In this document: positions 1-9,365 of the stretch, one piece after another
Layout: each line of letters begins with the position of its first letter
How positions within the stretch are numbered: the first letter of the stretch is position 1
Origin: Azolla caroliniana
Taxonomy: Eukaryota; Plantae; Polypodiophyta
DNA length: 64,000 nucleotides
Reading direction: 5' to 3'
Assembly: GCA_043228905.1 (NCBI GenBank)
Contig: JBHGNT010000052.1
Coordinates: forward strand, 113,935-177,934
Notes under the pieces: model-generated
Databases searched by the model: none
What the model saw: only the letters and a program-made list of their open reading frames with translations
Told to the model about the DNA's origin: nothing
Translations under genes and position numbers: made by a program

Positions 1-2766
1 CGTGAGCATATTAAAATGTTCATACCTGTCTCGTGTAATATCGGATTTTTGTGTTCAAACATGCCAATCAAAGGTAAAAACGCTAGTTATGATATGGAAT
101 TGAAAACTCATGATTTTGAAAGTCAGATCGAGAGACATGATGAAAACAGCAAACTTGAGGAGGTCCTAGACAAGAGTGCGTGAGTAAATTAAAATGTTCA
201 AACCTGTCTCGTGTAATATTGGATTTTTGTGTTCAAACATGCGAATCGATGGTAACAACGCTACTTATGATATGGAATTGAAAACTCATGATTTTGAAAC
301 TCAGGTCGCGAGACATGCTGAATAAAGGAAAGTTGAGGAGGTCGTAGACAAGAGGAGGGGAGTAAATGAAAATGTTCATATCTGGCTAGTCCGATATCTG
401 AGTCTGTGTTCAAACATGCGAATCAAATGTAACAACGTTAGTTATGATATGAAATCGAAAAATCCCTATTTGGAAGCTAAGGTCGAGAGACATAAACAAA
501 ATAGCAAAGTTGAGCATGTCGTAGACATGAGGGCGTGAGTAAATGAAAATTATCATATTTGGCACGTGCAATATCGGAGTGTTATGTTCAAACTTCCGAA
601 TAGAAGGTAATAGTGCTAATTATGATATGGAATTGAAAACTCACGATTTCCAAACTAAAGGCGTGAGCCATGATGAAAAAAGCAAAGTTGAGGAGGTCGT
701 AGACAAGACAGGGTGAGTAAATGAAAATGTTCATACCTGGCTCGTGTGATATCGGATTTTTGTGTTCAAACATCCGAATTGAAGCTAAGTATGCTATTTA
801 TGATATCTAATTGAAAAATGATGATTTTGAAGCCTAGGTCAAGACACATGATGGAAATAGCAGAGTTGAGGAGGTCGGAGACAAGAGCGCGTGAGTAAAT
901 GAAAATGTTCATACCTGGCTCCTGGAATATCGGATTTCTGTGTTAAAACATGCAAATCGAAGGTAAAAAAGCGAGTTATGATATGGATTTGAAAAATCAC
1001 GATTTTGAAACTCAGGTCGAGAGATATGATGAAAAAAGCAAACTTGAGGAGCTCGTAGACAAGAGCGCATGAGTAAATGTAAATGTTCATACCGGACTCG
1101 TGTGATATCGGGGTTCTGTGTTCAAACATGCGAATCGAAGGTAACAATGCTAGTTATGATATGGAACTGAAAAATCACGATTTTGAAACTAAGGTAGAGA
1201 AACATAAAGAAGAAAGCAAACTTGAGGAGGTCGTAGACAAGAGCGCGTGAGTAAATGAAAATGTACATACCTGTCTCGTGTGATATCGGATTTCTATGTT
1301 CAAGCATGCGAATTGAAGCTAAGTACGCTATCTACGATATCAAATTGAGAAATCACGATTTTTAAACTCAGGTCCAGAGACATTAAGAAAAAAGCAAAGT
1401 TGAGGAGGTCATAGACAAGAGCGCGTGAGTACATGAAAATTATCATATTTGGCACGTGCAATATCGGAGTGTTGTGTTGAAACATGCGAATAGAAGGTAA
1501 CAGTGCTAGTTATGATATGGAATTGAAAACTCACGATTTCCAAACTAAAGTCGCGCGACATGATGAAAAAAGCAAAGTTGAGGAGGTGAGTAGACAAGAC
1601 AGGGTGAGTAAATGAAAATGTTCATACCTAGCTCGTGTGATATCGGATTTTTGTGTTCAAGCATGCGAATTGAAGCTAAGTACGCTATTTATGATATCTA
1701 ATTGAAAATTCACGATTTTGAAGCTTAGGTCGAGAGACATGATGGAAAAAGCAGAGTTGACGAGGTCATAGACAAGAGCGCGTGAGTAAATGAAAATGTT
1801 CATACCTAGCTCGTGCAATATCGGATTTCTGTGTTAAAACATGCAAATCGAAGGTAAAAAAGCTAGTTATGATATGGATTTGAAAAATCACAATTTTGAA
1901 ATTCAGGTTGAGAGACATGAAGAAAAAAGCAAAGTTGAGTAGGTCGTAGACATGAGGGTGTGAGTAAATGAAAATGTTCATATCTGGCACGTGCTCTATC
2001 GGGGTTCTGTGTTCAAACTTGCGAATCAAAGGTAACAATGCTAGTTATGATATAGAACTGAAAAATCACGATTTTGAAACTGAGGTAGTGAAACATAAAG
2101 AAGAAAGCAAAGTTGAGTAGGTCGTAGACAAGAGGGCGTGAGTAAATGAAAATGTTCATATCTGGCACGTGCTAAATCGGGGTTCTGTGTTCAAACATGC
2201 GAATCGAAGGTAACAACGCTAGTTATGATATGGAACTGAAAAATCACGATTTTCAAACTCAGGTAGAGAAACATAAAGAAGAAAGCAAAGTTGAGGAGGT
2301 CGTAGACAAGAGCGCATGAGTAAATGAAAATGTACATACCTAGCTCGTGTGATATCGGATTTTTGTGTTCAAGCATGCAAATTGAAGCTAAGTACGCTAT
2401 CTACGAGATTGAATATAGAAATCACGATTTTGAAACTCAGGTCGAGAGACATGAAGAAAGAAGCAAAGTTGAGGAGGTCGTAGACAAGAGCGCGTGAGTA
2501 AATGAGTTCATACCTGGCTTGTGTGATATCAAATTTTGGTGTTCAAATATGCGAATGGAAGGTAACAACGCTAGTTATGATATGGAATTGAAAACTCAAG
2601 ATTCTGAACCTCAGGTCTCAAGACATTATGAAAATAGCAAAGTTGAGTAGGTCGTAGACAAGAGCGCGGGAGTAAATTAAAATGTTCAGACCTGGCTCGT
2701 GTGACATCGGATTTTTGTGCTCAAACATGCGAATCGAAGGTAACAATACTAGTTATGATATGGAAT
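1..2766 (+). repeat. 178-bp tandem satellite, proximal subfamily (~15.5 monomers, continues off the left edge)
   Basis: The motif AAAATGTTCA recurs at 13, 191 and 369 (period 178). Diagnostic variants are GAGGAGGTCGTAGACAAG, GAAGGTAAC, CTAGTTATG and GTAAATGAAAATG. The array ends at ...GATATGGAAT (2766). Confidence 0.97.
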
Positions 2767-2900
2767 CGTATTAAACCTGAAACTTACTCATGTGGAAAGG
2801 TCTGGTTGGTTTTGATACTCTGTTCTTTCATACAATATCCATCTGAATCAATGGTAGAAATTGCACAACCAAAGCCTATGATGAATTTGGATACAGTTGC
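2760..2900 (+). repeat. 141-bp direct repeat, copy 1 (non-satellite, probably intron-derived)
   Basis: ATGGAATCGTATTAAACCTGAAACTTACTCATGTGGAAAGG...GGATACAGTTGC matches 3248-3388 with a few substitutions (offset 488). Confidence 0.93.
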
Positions 2901-3247
2901 TGCTTTTTATTTCTTATATAAAGGGTTTAGGTTTAACTATAGTAATAGGTTTGTGTATGATACATTGCATCGTAAGGAACCCGATAATGCTTGGGTATGT
3001 GCTACCATTGTTTCAACTAGTAAAAGATGTGTTTTTTGTTGCCTGTTTTTATTTCTTATATGAAGAGTTCAATGATCCCCCATGGATTTATATCATCTTG
3101 TTCATTGCATTTGAGCTTGTGTTCCTGAATGATGTCATGTTCTCTCCTTCCTTGCTGCTTTTCTCATTTTGAATTTTGAAAGCCAACTCGAAAAATGCCA
3201 TTGTGGCAAGAATTAAATTCCAATAAATGCTTGGTTATGGTATCTTA

Positions 3248-3388
3248 ATGGAATAGTATTAAACCTGAAACTTACTGATGTGGAAAGGTCTGGTTGGTTT
3301 TGATACTCTGTTCTTTCATACAATATCCATCTGAATCAATGGTAGAAATTGCACAACCAAAGCCTATGATAAATTTGGATACAATTGC
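3248..3388 (+). repeat. 141-bp direct repeat, copy 2
   Basis: ATGGAATAGTATTAAACCTGAAACTTACTGATGTGGAAAGG...GGATACAATTGC matches 2760-2900. Confidence 0.93.
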
Positions 3389-3482
3389 ACCGTGTTTTAT
3401 TTGCTAGAATAAATTAAGAATAGTCTTGCGTGCCTAAAAATTACGATAGATTTTTTATGTCTTCTATGTGCTACAATAACAG

Positions 3483-3551
3483 GTGGATCAAACACGAATA
3501 AAAGATGATCTTTTTGGAACTTGGGAAGTTCTCACGGAGCCTATACAAACG
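3483..3551 (+). pseudogene. purB: Adenylosuccinate lyase gene fragment, penultimate exon
   Basis: Bounded by acceptor CAG (3480-3482) and donor GTTTGT (3552). My translation is VDQTRIKDDLFGTWEVLTEPIQT, matching the conserved WEVLAEPIQT motif of PurB/plant ADSL. It is absent from the ORF track because it is a short exon. Confidence 0.88.
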
Positions 3552-3654
3552 GTTTGTTTACTAATTATGATGATCGTAATGCAGTATGAACATTTTCTAT
3601 ATTACGGATGCAGTTTTTATTAACGTGATAAAATGGATGAGAAATTCTTTGCAG

Positions 3655-3849
3655 GTCATGCGGGAATTTTGTGTTCCTGAAGCATACAAAAAGCTAAAGG
3701 CTCTTACTCGAGGAAATACAATAGGAAAAGAGGATTTGCAACTATTCATCGATAGTTTAGATATTCCTTCAGACGTTAAACATGAATTGCTACAGCTTAC
3801 ACCTGAAACGTATATTGGTTTAGCAGCTGAACTTGGGAACAACATCTAA
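3655..3849 (+). pseudogene. purB: Adenylosuccinate lyase gene fragment, last exon with stop codon
   Basis: Follows a 103-bp GT..TTTGCAG intron (3552-3654) and continues in frame: VMREFCVPEAYKKLKALTRGNTIGKEDLQLFIDSLDIPSDVKHELLQLTPETYIGLAAELGNNI*. This matches the PurB C-terminal pattern VMRRYG..PYEKLKELTRG...LTP..Y.G.A..LA. No upstream exons are visible before the satellite, so I call it 5'-truncated. Confidence 0.9.
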
Positions 3850-3938
3850 TTTGCCTCTTCCAAGGTCAAATCAGTATTTTTTGTGAGCCGGAAGTTAAGA
3901 GGCAATAATTTAATTCTTCTTGATAAGATGTGTTTGGA

Positions 3939-3979
3939 TTTAGGGGGTTTAGGGTTTAGTTTAGGGTTTAGGGTTTAGG
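3939..3979 (+). repeat. Interstitial telomeric tract (~5-6 TTTAGGG-type units, partly degenerate)
   Basis: TTTAGGGGGTTTAGGGTTTAGTTTAGGGTTTAGGGTTTAGG, with the same strand polarity as the terminal telomere. Confidence 0.9.
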
Positions 3980-5160
3980 ACTTCAAGAGGCTCAAATGTT
4001 GATTGCAACAAAATGTTTTTGGTCTTTAACTTTGGAGATTTTGGTCTCCAAAACCAAACCTTAGAATCTTTTTGTGGTTGGCAATTTGTGTAATTTGAAG
4101 TTTTAAGTATTTTCAAAACACATTTATATCAACTGTTATTTTGGTAGTGGAATTTTTAATGCTTTGATGACAGAGGTTGTCAGAATCGGGCTATGGGAAA
4201 CTCCCGTAGTTTTTTAGAAAAAGATCTAATAGTGCAAATTGCACTTGGCCTCTGAAATGCACCCTACACTGTTGTGGCCGTGATTCCCTCACCAAGCCTG
4301 ATTATCAGTTGGGTGCAAATAAACACAAGCCTTCTACATACAGACATACATATACTTACTTTATGAGCCCGCCAAATCCCACGAAAACTAGAGATTTTGA
4401 GTTACATACATATGTAGAGACCTCTAATTGTGTCATGTGGCCAAAAGACCCTTTTGCTCATCTAACAAGTGAATGGTGTTCCCATTGGTCGGTCCTATGA
4501 AAGAGTTGCGAGTAATTTCACAAGTTTTCTCACTCTTTCTCTATATGTGTGCATGTGCATGTGTGGATGCATGTCTGTCTCACGGTATGTTAAGGTTTTA
4601 TGTAGTTTTTATGCCAAAGGTTTTGTTTATGATGAAATTAGGTGTCGCGTCGTGACATATGTGGCTGATCGTGATGACCACATACACATAAGCATTAATT
4701 AGATGTTTTTGATCCTTGCCCCGATGACACAATGACTCACCTTTGTTTGTTTACACAATACATTGTCATATAACAATTATCCCCATATTTGCAATCCTAT
4801 TCTAAAAGCCTGAACATCATGGTTGGTTTTGACACATTGAACCCAATCCTTTCTTCTTCTTCTTTTTAATAACAAGCTCCTCCCCCTTCTTCGCAATGTG
4901 TTGTTTTAATAGCAAACGATTAGCACACATGTGGTTACCCCGCCATAAAACCCTACATCGTTTACAATTGTTTTTATTACAATCTTCGAAGAAATTATTT
5001 GAATGTATTCCTCTGTCTTTACACATCTAGATTGTTCACCTTTCATGTTGGTAATGCGCAGACAAAAGAGAGGTATTGGGCTTGACTCAGAGTCACATGA
5101 AAGCTCGAGAAACATGTCTTTCACATAGCGAATTCTTGTGGTATTGAATTGAAGGTATTG

Positions 5161-5496
5161 CCAACCCAATCCAACCAAACCATATCCTACAAATTGAACC
5201 ATATCATGCTGAATTAAGCCCAATTAAACCAAACCATACCATACCAAAATGAAACCAAGCCATACAAGACCATACCACACCAAATTAAACTAAATCAAAC
5301 ATACTATACCATACCGGACCAAATTAAACCCAATAAAACATACCATACCAAATTAAACCAAATCAAACATACCATACCGGACCTAATTAAACCCAATCAA
5401 ACATACCATACCACACCATACCAAATTAAACCAAATCAAACATACCATACCATACCATACCATACTATACTATACCAAACCAAACCATAACCATAT
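5161..5496 (+). repeat. Low-complexity C/A-rich tract built on CCATA/CCAAA pentamers with a ~30-40-bp superstructure
   Basis: Runs such as CATACCATACCATACCATAC, and recurring units like CAAATTAAACCAAATCAAACATACCATAC at ~5281, 5320, 5349, 5383 and 5423. The + strand has very little G. Confidence 0.88.
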
Positions 5497-8400
5497 CACA
5501 AATTTCACACCAAGATAGCTGCCTCGATAGGCAAATGATCGATTTGAAGGAAATATTTACATTTTTCATGCGGAAGAGAAGCATGTGTCCATCAAGCGAG
5601 ATCTTCAGGAGGAAGTACATAATCATTACGTTACTTCAAGAGGGATTGAAGCAGGGCATTTCTGGTAAATACCTGGGTCGTGTGATATCGGATTTCTGTG
5701 TTCAAACATGCGAATCGAAGCTAACAACGCTAGCTTTGATATGGACTAAAAAAACCAAGATTTTGAAACTCAGGTCGAGAGACATGACGCTATTAGCAAA
5801 TTTGAGGAGGGAGTGGAGAAGAGCTCTTGAGTAAATTAAAATGTTCATACCTGGCTCGTGTGATATCGGTTTTTTGTGTTCAAACATGCGAATCGAAGCT
5901 AACAACGCTAGCTATGATATGAAATTAAAAAATCGAGATTTTGAAACTCAGGTCGAGAGACATGAACAAAATTAGCAAACTTGAGGAGGGAGTTGAGAAG
6001 AGCCCTTGAGAAAATTAAAATGTTCATACCTGGGTCATGTGATAGTGGATTTCTATGTTCAAACATGCGAATCGAAGCTAACAACGCTAGCTTTGATATG
6101 GAATTAAAAATTCAAGATTTTGAAACGCACGTCGAGAGAAATCAAGAAATTAGCAAATTTGAGGAGGGAGTGGAGAAGAGCGCGGGAGCAAATTAAAATG
6201 TTCATACCTGGCTCGTGTGATATCGGATTTCTGTGTTAAAACATGCGAATCGAAGCTTACAATGCTAGCTATAATATAGAATTAAAAATCCAAGTTTTTG
6301 AAACTCAGATCGAGAGACATCAAGAAATTAGCAAATTTGAGGAGGTCGTTGAGAAGAGCGCGGGAGTAAATTAAAATGTTCATACCTGGCTCGTGTGATA
6401 TCGGATATCTGTGTTCAAACATGAGAATCGAAGCTAACAACACTAGCTATGATATGGAATTAAAAATCCAAGATTTTGAAACGCACGTCGAGAGAAATGA
6501 CGAAATTAGCAAATTTGAAGAGGGAGTGGAGAAGAGCGCGGGAGTAAATTAAAATGCTCATACCTGGCTCGTGTGATATCGGATTTCTGTGTTCAAACAT
6601 GCGAATCGAAGCTTACAATGCTAGCTATTATATAGAATTAAAAAATCAAGATTTTGAAACTCAGGTCGAGAGACATCAAGAAATTAGCAAATTTGAGGAG
6701 GTCGTTCAGAAGAGCTCTTCAGTAAATTAAAATGTTCATACCTGGCTCATGTGATATCGGATTTTTGTGTTCAAACATGCGAATTGAAACTACCAATGCT
6801 AGCTATGATATGGAATTCAAAATTCAAAATTTTGAAACTCAGGTAGAGAGACATGAACAAAATTAGCAAATTTGAGGAGGGAGTTTAGAAGAGCCATTCA
6901 GCAAATTAAAATGTTCATTCTTGGGTCGTGTGATATCGGATAGCTGTGTTCAAACCTGCGAATCGAAGCTAACAACGCTAGCTATAATATAGAATTAAAA
7001 ATTCAAGATTTTGAAACTAAGGTCGAGAGACATGACGACATTAACATATTTGAGGAGGGAGTGGAGAAGAGGTCTTGAGTAAATTAAAATGTTAATACCT
7101 GGCTCGTGTGATATCGGATTTCTGTGTTCAAACATGCGAATCGAAGCTAACAACGTTAGCTTTGATATGGAATTAAAAAAGCAAGATTTTGAAACTCAGG
7201 TCGAGAGACATGACGAAATTGGCATATATGAGGAGGGAGTGGATAAGAGCGCGTGAGTAAATTAAAATGTTCATACCTGCCTCGTGTAATATCGGATTTG
7301 TGTGGTCAAACACGCGAATCGAAGCTAACAACACTAGCTATGATATGGAATTAAAAAACCAACATTTTGAAACGCACATCGAAGGACATGAAGAAATTAG
7401 CAAATTTGAGGATGTCATTGAGAAGAGCGCGAGAGTAAATTAAAATGTTCATACCTAGCTCTTGTGATATTGGATATCTGTGTTCAAACATGCGAATCGA
7501 AGCTAAGAACACTAGCTATGATATAAATTAGAAAACCAAGATTTTGAAACTCAGGTCGAGAGATATGACGAAATTAGCAAATTTGAGGAGCGAGTGGAGA
7601 AGAGCTCGTGAGTAAATGAAAATGCTCATATCTAGGTCGTGTGATATCGGATTTCTGTGTTCAAACATGCGAATCGAAGCTAACAACGCTAGCTTTGATA
7701 TGGAATTAAAAAAACATGATTTTGAAAATCAGGTCGAGAGACATGACGACATTCGCATATTTGATTAGCATATTTGAGGAGGGAGTGGAGAAGAGTTCTT
7801 GAGTAAACTAAAATGTTCATACCTGGGTCGTGTGATATCGGACTTCTGTGTTCAAACATGCGAATCGAAGCTTACAATGCTAGCTATTATATAGAATTAG
7901 AAAATCAAGATTTTGAAACTCAGGTCGAGAGACATGAAGAAATTAGCAAATTTGAGGAGGGAGTGGAGAAGAGCTCGTGAGTAAATTAAAATGTTCATAG
8001 CTAGCTCGTGTTATATCGGATTTCTGTGTTCAACCATGAGAATCGAAGCTAACAACACTAGCTATGATATGGAATTAAAAATTCAAGATTTTGAAACACA
8101 CGTCGAGAGACATGACAGAATTAGCAAATTTGAGGAGCGAGTGGAGAAGAGCGCGGGAGAAAATTAAAATGTTCATACCTGGCTCATGTGATATCGGATT
8201 TATATGTTCAAACATGCGAATCGGAGCTTACAATGCTAGCTATGATATAGAATTAAAAAATCAAGATTTTGACACTCAGGTCGAGAGACATGAGGAAATT
8301 AGCAAATTTGAGGAGGTCGTTGAGAAGAGCGCGGGAGTAAATTAAAATGTTCATACTTGGCTCGTGTGATATCGGTTATCTGTGTTCAAAGATGCGAATC

Positions 8401-9365
8401 GAAGCTAACAACACTAGCTATAGAAAGGAATTAAAAATTCAAGATTTTGAAACTCAGGTCGAGCGATATGACGAAATTAGCAAATTTGAGGAGGCAGTGG
8501 AGAAGAGCGCGGGAGTAAATTAAAATGTTCATACCTATGTCGTATAATATCGGATTTCTGTGTTCAAACATGCGAATCGAAGCTAACAACACTAGCTATG
8601 GTATGAAATTTAAAAACCAAGATTTTGAAACTCAGGTCGAGAGACATTCCGAAATTAGCATATTTGAGGAGGTAGAGGAGAAGAGCGCGTGAGTAAATTA
8701 AAATGTTCATACCTGGCTCGTGTGATATCGGTTATCTGTGTTCAAAGATGCGAATCGAAGCTAACAACACTAGCTATAGAAAGGAATTAAAAATTCAAGA
8801 TTTTGAAACTCAGGTCGAGCGATATGACGAAATTAGCAAATTTGAGGAGGCAGTGGAGAAGAGCGCGGGAGTAAATTAAAATGTTCATACCTATGTCGTA
8901 TAATATCGGATTTCTGTGTTCAAACATGCGAATCGAAGCTAACAACACTAGCTATGGTATGAAATTTAAAAACCAAGATTTTGAAACTCAGGTCGAGAGA
9001 CATTCCGAAATTAGCATATTTGAGGAGGTAGAGGAGAAGAGCGCGTGAGTAAATTAAAATGTTCATACCTGGCTCGTGTGATATCGGATTTTTGTGTTCA
9101 AACATGCAAATCGAAGCTAACAACTCTAGCTATGCTATAAATTAAAAAATCAAGATTTTGAAACTCAGGTCGAGAGACATCAAGAAATTAGCAAATTTGA
9201 AGAGGTCGTTCAGAAGAGCGCGGGAGTAAATTAAAATGTTCATACCTGGCTCGTGTGATATCGGATATCTGTGTTCAAACATGTGAATCGAAGCTAACAA
9301 CACTAGCTATGATATGAAATTAGAAAACCAAGATTTTGAAACTCAGGTCGAGAGATATGACGAAA

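Noticed and set aside
2922-2935. AGGGTTTAGGTTTA as a second interstitial telomere
   Set aside because: It has under two units and is degenerate, so it can arise by chance in AT-rich DNA.
2701-3172. ORFs 2701-3063 and 2897-3172 as membrane proteins
   Set aside because: The hydrophobic composition reflects T-rich intron-like DNA. One ORF starts in the satellite and crosses the junction. No family is recognisable.
3586-3654. N-terminal part of the 87-aa ORF 3586-3849 as real coding sequence
   Set aside because: It lies in the intron (3552-3654). PurB similarity begins after the TTTGCAG acceptor and continues from the upstream exon.
2767-5668. Island as a Pack-MULE, CACTA or Helitron carrying the purB fragment
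   Set aside because: I found no terminal inverted repeats or target-site duplication. The small hairpin AGTGCAAATTGCACT (4231-4245) is not followed by a CTRR end. It cannot be fully excluded if the element ends were deleted.
4309-5834. Short ORFs in the right half of the island (4309-4702, 4817-5223, 5535-5834)
   Set aside because: I recognise no domain, and some run into low-complexity or satellite sequence. 5031-5160 and 5515-5668 could be exon remnants, but only a BLASTX search could show that.
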